NCBI RefSeq assembly: GCF_006345805.1 | Contig: NC_043004.1 | Location: forward strand, 91,574,001-91,638,000 | DNA length: 64,000 nt | Direction of reading: 5' to 3' | Origin: Octopus sinensis | Taxonomy: Eukaryota | Shown here: in pieces, positions 26,450 through 37,818 of the stretch | How positions within the stretch are numbered: position 1 is the first letter of the stretch | How the letters are laid out: the number at the start of each line of letters is the position of its first letter | Notes under the pieces: model-generated | Told to the model about the DNA's origin: nothing | What the model saw: the letters and a program-made list of their open reading frames with translations, nothing else | Database searches by the model: none | Made by a program: the position numbers and the translations under genes

Positions 26450-26769
26450 CAAAGCACACACACACACACACCACACACACACACACACACACGGACATAC
26501 AGACTTACACATGCATATATGTATGTGTGTGTGTATATATGTATATATATATACATACATATATATATGTATATATATATATATATGCCTATTTGTATTT
26601 ATATACATCTTATATACACACGCACATGCATACATACATACATACATACATACATACATACATACACACATACATACATTCATACATACATACATACATA
26701 CATACATACATGCATACATACATACATACATTCATACATACGTACATACATACATTCATACATACATAC
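26450..26769. repeat. (CA)n/(TA)n/(TACA)n microsatellites
   Basis: Visible. Confidence 0.95.
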
Positions 26770-26821
26770 TGTTGTAGTGGAAATGGTACACCCCTCCCAC
26801 GGGACAAGTGGTATGACACAT

Positions 26822-27756
26822 AAGTCAAGGCTGCATCATCTGGGAAACGCTTTCCTTTCAAAAACAACTTCATGGCTGGGAAGAGATGAAAATCAGAGGG
26901 TGCAAGGTCAGGAGAGTAGGGGGATGGGATGAGGGGGGAGTTCATAGCCGCACGCCTGTGCTTCTGATCTGGCGACACGCGAGTTGTGGACCGGAGCGTT
27001 GTCCTACAGGAGGAGAATGCCTTTGCTGATCTTGCCCCGCCTCTTCATTTTGATAGCTTCTCTTAATTTCCTCAAAAGTGAAGCATAATAGGCTCCTGTA
27101 ATTGTGGTACCCTTTGCCAGGAAATCCGTCATCACTACCCCGTCCTGGTCCCAGAAGACTGCGAGCATGACCTTGCCAGCGGAGGGCTGCACCCTTGCCT
27201 TCTTTGGAGGAGGTGAGTCACGGTGCTTCCACTGCATTGACTGGGCTTTGGTCTCTGGATCATAGTGATGGACCCAGGTTTCATCCTGTGTAATCAATCT
27301 TTTGAAAAATTTTGACTCATCTTCTTGGCACATCTCCAAATTCATCCTCGAGCACTCGACGCGTTCTTGCTTCTGGAAAGGTGTGAGCAACCTGGGAATC
27401 CATCTGGTAGACACCTTTTGCATATGCAAATGGTCATGAATGATAGTTTCCAATGACCCGGTACTAATCTTGACCTCATGGGCTATTTGGCGAATAGTTA
27501 TGCGTCGATCTTCTAAAATGGCAGCCTCAACTTGACGGACAGATGCCTCATCAATGGTACAAGTGGGGCGACCAGATGTGGGAGCTGTTTCCACAGAGTT
27601 CCGACCATGTTTGAATTCACGATGCCAGCGTTTTACAAGGTCATATGATGGGGCATCATCACCATAAGTTACTTTCATTTCATCAAAAGTCTCCCGTGGT
27701 GTGCGTCCTTTCAAATACAAAAACCGAATCAATGCTCGACACTCGACAGGCTCCAT
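26822..27756 (-). pseudogene. Mariner transposase pseudogene
   Basis: 250-aa ORF with HTH, WIPRLL and ITQDETW. An in-frame TAG at 27004-27006 sits just before DNAP, a frameshift occurs near 26935, then YSPDLAPSDFHLF. The C-terminus is missing. Confidence 0.92.
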
Positions 27757-27925
27757 TTCACACTTGACTCAGTTCAAACACCTGTAAATCAGAAACCACA
27801 ATTAGTTCAGAGCTGCAATTTGCCACTTAATTTATAGAGATATAAATAATTGCACATGCACAATTTCAGTTAGATCAAATAACTGCAAGTGGGTCAGGGC
27901 CATTACTTATTGAACGTCCCTCGTA
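26822..27925 (-). mobile_element. Mariner (DD34D-type) element, 3'-truncated
   Basis: The 5' TIR on the minus strand reads TA|CGAGGGACGTTCAATAAGTAATG. Transposase homology ends near 26822 and no second TIR is seen. Confidence 0.92.
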
Positions 27926-28520
27926 TCCACGTATACCAAAGGTACACCAATGGACAGAAGGATTATAAAGTGTAAACCAATAACAAGAGTAAGGCTGCCT
28001 CCAGAAAAATACTCGAAAGGATCTAAAGGAATAATCATAGATGGAGAGAGATTTGAGAAATTGAGAGAACTGTTTGGAAGCAGCTGGGACCTGTTGGAGG
28101 TTGAAGTCGAGTTCGACGAACTACAACCACTCGTCGACTTCGAAGATTTAAAGCCACTAATGAATGCTTAAAAAAGAAAAAAGAAAAAGTGTAAGAACGA
28201 TTTATTTAATCGTATAATTTAACTGTTAAATGGTATTGCTTGAGAGTGGAGCTCAATGCAGCCATTTCATCATCATTAATTTATCTTTTTTATATACATC
28301 TTCATTTTTTCATTCGTTTTATGTTTTTTGTCCCCACTGTGGTGTTCTGTCTGTCTTTGTGCTGTCCCCTCTATATTAAGGCCTGGGCTCCAAATAAAGA
28401 AAAGGAGTCGTGTGTCAGTCGTTGTACGAGTTCTCAGTAGGAGTTAAGTGTTAGTTACGTGTTAGTCGAGTTCGAGTCACAGTCAAGGTAGACGGTTCGA
28501 ATTCGGTGTCAGCGATAGCA

Positions 28521-28742
28521 TACCCACAAGGGGCTAAACACAGAGGGGACAAACAAGGACAGACATAGGTATTAAGTCGATTACATCGACCCCAGTGCGT
28601 AACTGGTACTTAATTTATCGACTCCGAAAGGATGAAAGGTAAAGTCGACCTTGGCGGAATTTGAACTCACAACGTAACGGCAGACGAAATACCGCTAAGC
28701 ATTTCGCCCGGCGTGCTAACGTTTCTGCCAGCTCGCAGCCTT
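28521..28742 (-). mobile_element. SINE family A, tail type 2
   Basis: Near-consensus full copy. Confidence 0.92.
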
Positions 28743-29108
28743 AATCAGTGTATCACCATTCCGGTATAGAAGCAGTGTATTACCATTCCGGTATAGAAGA
28801 GACACATTGTATCCGACAACAAGAAAATATCGTGGCTACTAGAGTAGATACAACAGCTAGTCAAAACAGTGGCCGCACATTATAACTGAGAAAAAACACC
28901 ACATCATAATACATACATACATAAATGAGCACCCAGATATAATACGTACAAGGTGGCGAACTGGCAGAATCATTAGCACGCCGGACAAAATACTTAACGG
29001 CATTTTGTCCGGTTTTATGTTCTGAGTTCATATTCTGTCAAGATCGACTTTACCTTTCATCTTTTCGAAGTCGATGAAATAAGTACAAGTTGAGCATTGG
29101 GGTTGATG

Positions 29109-29660
29109 TTAAGTTAAGTTAAGTTAAGTTAATTTGGCTCAAAAAGCAAAAAGCTAGGTACAGGGAGGGTGTTCATGCAAAGAGTTCAGGCCATTTCTGG
29201 TCAAGAGAGACTTTGAACCAAGCGGTCGTCGACATCTTCACTATCTCGTCCGGCAGCTTATTCCACGGATCCGCAACCCGGACGGAGAAAGCCCTTCTCC
29301 TTCGATTGAGATGAAATCGTCGCAGATAGAGCTTTTCGGAGTGACCTCGCAGCCGACGCTCTGGAGTAGGAGTGAAGAACAGCTCTTTCGAGAGGTTACA
29401 CTTTCCGCTTATGATGTTGTGAGTAAGAATGAGATCACCACGGCGTCGTCGTTTTTCTAGAGAATAAAGGTCGAGCGTCTTCAGCCTTTCTTCATAAGAC
29501 AAATGCTTGAGACCAAGAACCATGCGGGTAGCCAGCTTCTGGACTCTTTCGAGATGATGTATGTCTTTGAGGAGATAAGGAGAAGAGGCTTGAATCCCGT
29601 ACTCCAATATGGGTCTCACCAGCGTGACATAGAGCGGTAGGAATATGGCTGCTGTGAGCA
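29109..29660 (-). mobile_element. CR1-clade LINE 3' fragment
   Basis: LYVTLVRPILEY...LERVQKLATRMV.GL..LSYEERLK.LDLYSLEKRRRRGDL is the CR1 ORF2 C-terminus. It has a (TTAAC)n tail, and a sister 3' end lies at 48952-49140. Confidence 0.9.
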
Positions 29661-29695
29661 TCGACTAGTCTCCTCCCACAAATTTCAGGCCTAGT

Positions 29696-30081
29696 GGATG
29701 GAAGCACTCCGTCGGTTACGACGACGAGGGTTCCGGTTGATCCGATCAACGGAACAGCCTGCTCGTGAAATTAACGTGTAAGTGGCTGAGCACTCCACAG
29801 ACACGTGTACCCTTAACGTAGTTCTCAGGGATATTCAGCGTGACACAGAGAGTGACAAGGCCGGCCCCTTGAAATACATGTACAACAGAAACAGGAAGTA
29901 AGAGTGAGAGAAAGTTGTGGTGAAAGAGTACAGCAGGGATCACCACCATCCCTGCCGGAGCTTCGTGGAGTTTTAGGTGTTTTCGCTCAATAAACACTCA
30001 CAACGCCCGGTCTGGGAATCGAAACTGCGATCCTACGATCGCGACTCCGCTGTCCTAACCACTGGGCCATTGCGCCTCCAC
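29696..30081 (-). mobile_element. SINE family C
   Basis: Full copy. 12-bp TSD TTCAGGCCTAGT at 29684-29695 and 30082-30093. Confidence 0.92.
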
Positions 30082-30389
30082 TTCAGGCCTAGTACCCTTG
30101 AGTAGAAAGGATATGTAACATATTCATACACCAATACATACATATACTAACATGTGCGTGTGTATGTATGTATGGCTGTGTGTGTGTGTGTGTATAGGTC
30201 GAGGAGGTTTTCCAGCTGTTGTAAGTTTTTGTATTAGAAATTGATAAGACAGTTGTACATCTGTTTGTTAATAGTTCTCCTCCTTCTGGCTTCCTCCCTT
30301 TTCTTTTTGACGTAAGTAGTTTAGATGCCTCTTCTGTATTTTGTATTTTAAAGTGTTAAGAGCATAATGTGGGTGACAGGGAGACTAGG

Positions 30390-30393
30390 TAGG

Positions 30394-30490
<97 letters not shown>

Positions 30491-30560
30491 GGATGGATAG
30501 ATAGATAGATAGATAGATAGATAGAGATAGATAGATAGATAGATAGAGAGATAGATAGAT

Positions 30561-30648
<88 letters not shown>

Positions 30649-30762
30649 AGATAGACAAACAGAACAAGGGAGAGATAGGGGGTGAGAGAGAAAGGAAGAG
30701 CGGAAGAAAAACGAGAAATAGATGATATATATATCTGAACATGAGGTGAGAGAGAAAGAGAA

Positions 30763-30798
<36 letters not shown>

Positions 30799-31111
30799 GG
30801 AAGAGAGGAGGAAGGAGAGAGAGCGAGAGAGGGGGAGATGAGCATGAAATAAAAGTGTGATTACAATAGATTGAGTAATAGATGAGCAAGAGATAGGAAA
30901 GAAATGAATGAGAACCGAATGAGAGGAGGTGAAGAGAGAGAGAAAGAAGTGAGAGAGTGGGAAAGAGAAGGGGAGAGAGGGAGAGAGAGGGAGAGAGGGG
31001 GAGAGAGAGGTGGAGAGAGGGAGAGAGAAACATGCTTGCCAAGTGAATGCTGATATTCAAGATATTTTCTGCCGTTTTACTTGGTCTGACATGAACTGGG
31101 TCTATTGCCAA

Positions 31112-31169
<58 letters not shown>

Positions 31170-31200
31170 TACACTGTGTATATATATGTGTGTGTGTGTA
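30390..31200. repeat. (GATA)n, (TA)n and (GA)-rich repeats
   Basis: Visible. Confidence 0.95.
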
Positions 31201-31430
31201 TCCAATAAACATATATATGTATGTATGTATAGACACACAGAGAAAACATTGGCGAGGATTAGTCCAATTTGCTATTTGACACTCTGTTGCGTGAGAAGTA
31301 GGATTTTTTCGTTAGTTACATGACGTGTAGATGTGGTTACAAGCTCAGTAGCTAACTGATCCAATAGAAGAAGCTTGCATACTTGTTAGATATATCGATC
31401 TTACTTTCCACTAGCACTAGGCCAAAGTTA

Positions 31431-31464
<34 letters not shown>

Positions 31465-31841
31465 TACCTATCGAAAGAAAACATACTCGATTTAACTGAT
31501 CGCAACCAACCCCACTCGGTGTTATGATTGCTATAACTTGAATGTAATATTACAGCATATCTGCCCGATGGTTAAAATGATCTAAAGCACAAAGTGATAC
31601 GACTATTGTTAAAATGTAAAAGTTCATGGGATGCAACAGTATTCCCGATGTTGAAACTTGGTATTAAGACCTCTACGTTTTCCTCCCTGTTTCCGAAGAA
31701 TGACAAATATCTGAAACGTTAAACTTTTCTTTTCTTTCATGTCATTAAACGTAATTCCAATGAATAACAGAAGTATCATTAGTTACATGAAACAGAAAGT
31801 AGACGAAGGTGGGATTCAATCGTTACAAGTAGAGAGATTTA

Positions 31842-32626
31842 TCTTTATACTAGCAGTATCGCCCGGCGTTGCTCAGGTTTGTAAGGGAAATAACTATAAA
31901 GCATTTTTAGAGAGTTATAGCCAAAAAATAGCAAAAAAATGGAAAAAAAATGATGGTAAATTTTTTTTTTGAGAGTAATAAAAGGTTGAGTTGCGTCCCC
32001 TAGACAGTCTGTGGTTTGTTTTTTTTTATTCTCGACCCCATGTCGAATTTATCGATTTTTTTCAGAACTGGGGGAACTTTTCAAAATTTTCGCTGCGTTA
32101 GTTTTGAATTATGACATTGGGCTATGTGTGTGTCAAGTTTCATCAGAATCGGTTGAAAGCCGTGGTCAGGGTGAGGGTACGAGAAAACAGACACACAGAA
32201 ACACGCACAGACAAACTGCCGTTTATATAGAGAGAGATATAAAAGTGAAGTTGTGTGTCTGTCTCCTACGATTTAGATTCCTAACTACTCCCACATTTTG
32301 CGGTGCAGTTTAACCAAATTCGGGTAGCTTATAGTCGTGATTCATATCGAGCCCTTCTGGGTATTAGCGCGCGTCTACGATGAGTCTACGATTAAAAAAA
32401 AAAATTACCATAATTTTTTTCCATTTTAATGCATTTTTTCGCTATTATATAAGGGAAGTAACTCTCTAAAAATGTCTACGATGAGTCAACGATTAAAAAA
32501 AAAAATTACCATCATTTTGTTTCCCTTTTTAATGCATTTTTTTGCTATTTTTTGGCTATAACTCTCTAAAAATGCTTTATAGTTATTTCCCTTACAAACC
32601 CGAGCAACGCCGGGCGATACTGCTAG
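31842..32626 (+). mobile_element. Non-autonomous Helitron (host of a nested copy)
   Basis: 5' end TCTTTATA at 31842-31849 continues as TATAAAAGTGAAG at 32238. 3' hairpin and CTAG at 32623-32626. It is the reverse complement of 8315-8711. Confidence 0.85.
31850..32237 (-). mobile_element. Non-autonomous Helitron, second subfamily, nested
   Basis: Shares ~120 bp of the 3' end (CTAG and hairpin) with the host family but has a different body. A|TC...CTAG|T junctions. Confidence 0.85.
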
Positions 32627-33029
32627 TAATAAATAAAATAAAGCTATGCATTTTGCCCTATGCTCTTCAGTTTCTGCCAACTGAAACAGATTGAATATTG
32701 ATTCCTTATACTGATATAAGGTCGTCGATTTCAAAGAATGTCTAAAATTATTGATTGACTCCTGTACATGAATTGTAGGTGCTTTATCGGCCCTAGTAGT
32801 GTTTAAAATCGAACTATCGATAACATGTCATCGAATTTCTACCTCTGTTCTACCACACTAACATTGAGCCAATGAGTGAACATGTACGCAGTCGATCAGC
32901 CTGCAAGATTACATCAAGTTACATCCTATAGCAAAAAAACGTAGACTGCATAAAGTAGGTCTAGCTATCGAACGATGGGATGGTCAAGGCAAGGTTGTCT
33001 TTCATCAACGGTCTATCAACCCAACACTA

Positions 33030-33415
33030 ACCTGGAACCAAATGACAGCAATAACAAATCGACCTCGACAAAATTTGAACTCAGAACATGAAAACGGGCG
33101 AAATGCAGCCAAGTATTTTGCTCGACACGCTAACGATTCAGCCAACTCGTCACCTTTAAAAATAACAACAACAACAACAACAACAATAATAATAATAATC
33201 TTTTCTACTCTAGACACAAGACCCGAAATTTTTGGGGAGGGGGCTCAGTCGATTAGATCGACTCCAGTACGCAGCTGGTACTTAATTTATCAACCCCAAA
33301 ATGATGAAAGGCAAAGTCAACCTCGGCTGAATTTGAACTCAGAACGTAAAGACAGACAAAATACCGCTAAGCATTTCGCCCTGCGTGCTAACGATTCTGC
33401 CAACTCGCCGCCTTT
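33030..33415 (-). mobile_element. Two SINE A copies (tail type 1)
   Basis: Cores at ~33055 and ~33285. Confidence 0.8.
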
Positions 33416-33502
33416 AAACTATTAATAATAATATTAATAATAAATTCTTTTATTGGCCACAACGGCTGACGATTTAAAAATAATTTTTTATTATTATTAT
33501 TA

Positions 33503-33772
33503 TTGAGTGAGAGAGCAGTTCATGCCATCAAAGTGACACTGGGGTAAAATATACGAAGCCCAATATACCCATCATGACTACCCGTCTGATAAAGGTACAC
33601 CAGGCACATGCATCACAACCATATGTGCGCGACATGGTGATCTCATATCAAGATAAACAGCACATGACCTTGCAGGTGGGGCCCAGTTAGAATTTTCTTC
33701 AGGTTGAGTAGCCCATCCCGCTCAAACGGTCCCTGAATAAGGGTTGTTTAAGGATGTTGAAAGAACCACCCA
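33503..33772 (-). mobile_element. Repeat family E, 5'-truncated copy
   Basis: Reverse complement of ~37340-37603, abutting (TTA)n. Confidence 0.85.
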
Positions 33773-33879
33773 TTACGAGCAATATTTTTCATTCAGAGAA
33801 TTTAGAGGCGGTGTTGTCTCAAAAAATTAACCCTAAACAGACAGATCCGTCTCCTATTGACAACGTCCCAGCTTGTCAT

Positions 33880-35565
33880 GCCTCAATGGTCACAATGCAA
33901 AATATAAACTTGAATCTGCCGGCACCTGGGTAAACAAGGGTCGCATACCCCAGTGAGGAACCAGACTAGAAACAAAAAATCAGCTACTGGTTCAAATCTT
34001 TCCGAAACACAGGAGCTGGAAGTACCCCACAACTGGAATATTCCAACAGAAAAAGAATGAAAATTGGTCACGGGGAGATAATAAAGAAGTTCTTAAGGCC
34101 TTCTATCATGCCATGTAATTCCCCACAAATAAATCTAACACTAAACAAACCTACCTAAACTGGAGACAGAAGCACCTAGAAGTAAGACCCTACATAGAGA
34201 GTAACAAACTTACCAACGCCAGAAGAACCATCATGAAAAAGAAATTACTAATTGAATTAGAGATTGACCAAATTAAACAATCCTTAAGGGATAAAGAGAA
34301 CAAAGTTGCAGCTAAAGAAGATACTACAGAAGAAATAATTATAGACCAGCCCAGGTCTGATGAAAATGCAGTAATGATAGAAAGAGTTAATGTAACTTAT
34401 AAGCAAAGTGAAATACTCTCTGAAATAACCATAAACACCAAGGCAGATGAAAATCAAATAGATGAAGAAAGTCACACAGAAATTGACCCAACTGAACTAG
34501 ATGTTATAAAAAATCAAATCATGACTGAAAGGCTAAAAATTAAAGAAACCAGTATGAATGAACGTAACACTCCCAAAAGTTCGCAACTCTAAACCAAAAC
34601 CTGAAAGTAATTGATAAAATTCGCCTTACACTTAAGGATATAATTTCAGTTAATGATGTTGATATTGCAGATCTCAACCACCTGTACTATGCATCCGCGA
34701 AAATCTCAACGATTCTATGCGGTGAAAACAACATTCCCATAAACAGCCTACTTGGCAAGAGAGTATTCAATACCAAATTCAGCTACTTAGGTCTGACATA
34801 GAATGTTTAAAAAAACTTATGGTTGACAAAATCCGAAAATTAAAGAAAAAAATATAACATGAAAACTATACTTGACATCGATACCACCGTAGAGACTATC
34901 ACGCAAAAGGCATGTGTTAAAGCTGCCAGAATAGCAAGTTATGAAAGACGCGTTAGATTCTTCAAGGACAACATGTTCAAAAATAACCCCAAAAATTTTT
35001 ACAGGAAGACAGGGAAAAAACAGTTACAGTAAAGTCTGTCCCATCAAAAGAAAAAGTGCAGGAATTTTGGAATAAAATTTGGGCAGAAGAAAAAACACAA
35101 TAAAAAGTCCCCTTGGATTGATAAAATATCTACTGACTTAGACTCCTTAGAAGAGCAAAAGCAGGAGGGTGTCAAGGTAGAAGATATAAGATCTGCTCTC
35201 AGGAGGTCAAGCAAATGGAAGTCTCCAGGAAAGGATAAAATTCCTAACTTTTAGTTGAATAGCTTCCCGGAACTGCTAACAAAACTTTACAACAATGTTT
35301 TGCAACAACCTATTATGATTCACTCTTGGCTAGTTAATGGTGTAACGTTCCTACTTTCAAAAATTGAAGAAACAAATGAACCAAAAACTATAGATCCATA
35401 ACCTGCTTTACAGCAATGTATAAAATACTAACATCTGTCTTCACTGAAAATACCTATAGTTTTTTTTTTAATAAAAAGAGACATTCCCTAATGAGCAAAA
35501 AGGATGTAAACTTGGGTCCTATTATTGTAAAGATCAGCTACTCATCAATACGGTGATCTTAGAAG
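33880..35565 (+). pseudogene. R4/Dong-type LINE ORF remnant: N-terminal domain and early RT domains
   Basis: KWSREDNKEVLKAFY, DLNHLYYASA, PTWQ..IQ, FKNNPKNFYR, QEFWNKIW, KWKSPGKDKIPNF, EPKNYRSITC, MYKILTSV, EQKGC, CKDQLLIN. Many stops and frameshifts. Confidence 0.88.
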
Positions 35566-36014
35566 TCAAAAATCCTCTGGGACTTTGATTTCCAGACCGA
35601 CAAAGTGATAGAGTACCGAAAGCCGGACATAGTAACCTTTAGGAGGGACAAACAAGAGTGCCTAATAATCGACGTAGCAGTGCCAGGAGATCAACATATC
35701 ATCATGAAGGAAAGAGAAGTTGATAAATAGGGAGACCTGAGAATTAAGAGTCGAACATAAAGGTTATCCCTATTGTCATTGGTGCATTGGGTTCAATACC
35801 ACCTAATCTGAAAAAAAAAAAACGTCTGAAAACCTTGGCAATACCCTACAATTTAGATGTATTGCAAAAGTCGGCATCACTTGGAACTGCACGCATATTG
35901 CGTAAAGTACTGTTTGTCTGAGGTCCTTGTTGCGACTTGACAAACAGTACAGACCCTTGGTGGACACAATATCTTCAATCAACAACCTCACAATATTGTA
36001 TACTGAGCGACGTC
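35566..36014 (+). mobile_element. R4/Dong-type RLE domain and 3'UTR, followed by (AAT)n
   Basis: VKILWDFDFQTDKVIEYRKPDIV...CLIIDVAVPGD, VIPIVIGALG, LQKSASLGTARILRKVL. Confidence 0.88.
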
Positions 36015-36033
36015 TATAACAATAATAATGATA

Positions 36034-36076
<43 letters not shown>

Positions 36077-36158
36077 TAATAATAATAATGATAATGATAA
36101 TAATAATGAAATAATAATATAATAATAATAATAAAATAATAATAATAATAAAATAATA

Positions 36159-36231
<73 letters not shown>

Positions 36232-36234
<3 letters not shown>

Positions 36235-36972
36235 TAAAAACCATTGATCATGTTGTCTGCAAGTGCAGTCTTCTTGCGCCTACAGAGTATCTCAACAGGC
36301 ATCATAGAGCTGCACAATATATTCACTGGGTAATTTGCAAAAGCCTGGACTTGCACCATGATAAAAACTGGTGGGAACACAAACCATCTCCAGTGCTTGA
36401 AAATGATCACATCTCACTCCTCTGGAACTTTACCATTCAAACTGACAGAAAGATAGATGCGAATATGCCAGACATCATAGTAAAAGACTTCAGACAAAAA
36501 ACATGCCTCCTCATTGATATGACTGTCCCAATAGATATAAACGTATTTGTCAAGACCTACCAGAAACTGAGGAAATATAAAGATCTTGAAATAAAAATTA
36601 GCAAAATGTGGACCCTGAAGACTAATACAATACCTGTTGTCATAGGTGCACTGGGAATGATAGCAAAGGGGGCTGATTGCTACCTAGCTCAGATACCAGG
36701 AAACCCCCAAAATGGCAGAAATTCAAAAGATAGTGCTCATGGGAACTGCTCATATCCTACGCAAAATACTTTCTATGTAATCTCAAGTTTTAAAACAAAC
36801 ATAATTTTCTTATGGTTTCTCAAACATTCACTAGTACAACACTAAATACAAAACCAAATATATGGCACCCTAGGCATGAACACCAGCACGAACTTCCAAC
36901 TTGTTGTTTCTTGAGGTCTCTGGGTGAGACTTGGAGCCAACTTGTACAAATGTAAAGCAAAAGTCAACCATA

Positions 36973-36974
<2 letters not shown>
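36232..36974 (+). mobile_element. R4/Dong-type LINE 3' fragment (end of CCHC, RHH, RLE, 3'UTR) embedded in (TAA)n
   Basis: TIDHVVCKC..LA..EYLNRHH, LLWNFTIQTD..PDII..LLIDM, K..KYKDL, PVVIGALG. (TAA)n on both sides. Confidence 0.92.
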
Positions 36975-37048
<74 letters not shown>

Positions 37049-37049
<1 letters not shown>

Positions 37050-37602
37050 CCCTGATGCAGTACCAGGCAGTGGCTCTCATGGCTTCTGATCTTAACTGAC
37101 TGGAAGTGTTATCATGTACATTGTTTTGTCTTGGTATAAAAGATGGGCTACAGCAAATATTCTGCTCAATACCACAGGTTTGCTTGTCAGTTGTTTGACC
37201 TTAACCAGTTGAGCATGTCCCTTAGTGGCTGACGATATGTGCATCTCTGATCACGAGCAGAAGTAGTGGGGGAGCATCATGGCCATGTGTTGAGAGGGAT
37301 TCTTTGGAGTTTGAATGGTTCACCTCTGGAAACACAGGTGTTTCGTTCAACATCCTAAAGCAACCCTTATTCAGGGACCGTTTGAGCAGGATGGGCTACT
37401 CAACCTGAAGAAAATTCTAACTGGGCCCCACCTGCAAGGTCATGTGTTGTTTATCTTGATATGAGATCACCATGTCGCGCACATATGGTTGTGATGCATG
37501 TGCCTGGTGTACCTTTATCAGACGGGTAGTCATGATGGGTATATTGGGCTTCGTATATTTTACCCCAGTGTCACTTTGATGGCATGAACTGCTCTCTCAC
37601 TC

Positions 37603-37603
<1 letters not shown>
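37049..37603 (+). mobile_element. Repeat family E, longest copy (~555 bp, non-coding) within (AAT)n
   Basis: (AAT)n on both sides. Partial copies at 33503-33772 (-) and 52075-52197 (+) keep the same end. Confidence 0.8.
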
Positions 37604-37692
<89 letters not shown>

Positions 37693-37699
37693 AATAAAA

Positions 37700-37818
37700 T
37701 ATGGATTTATATGGATGACTTAAATATCTAAGGCAAAGAGGTTAATGAGACTGAAGTACAACTACGTACAGTGAAAGCATTCAGTGATGACATTGGGATG
37801 GAATTTGGTCTTGATAAT
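37700..37818 (+). mobile_element. R4/Dong-type RT catalytic fragment
   Basis: YMDDLNI*GK...VKAFSDDIGMEFGLD. Confidence 0.85.

Larger units (their letters stand above)
28950..30113 (+). mobile_element. SINE A (tail type 1) split by a CR1 fragment and a SINE C
   Basis: Head and core at 28950-29108, continuation ATCGACTAGTCTCCTCCCACAAATTTCAGGCC at 29660-29695, tail end at 30094-30113. Confidence 0.8.

Noticed and set aside
27004-27756. Functional transposase or SETMAR-like gene
   Set aside because: There is a stop before the second catalytic Asp, a frameshift, a missing C-terminus and no SET domain.
29746-29997. Recurrent ORFs MVVIPAVLFHH... and MRNWYLIYRPRKDER...
   Set aside because: They are incidental frames within SINE C and SINE A copies.
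31850-32626. TIR DNA transposon with ~120-bp inverted ends
   Set aside because: It is better explained as two antiparallel nested Helitrons, with exact junction restoration and no TSD.
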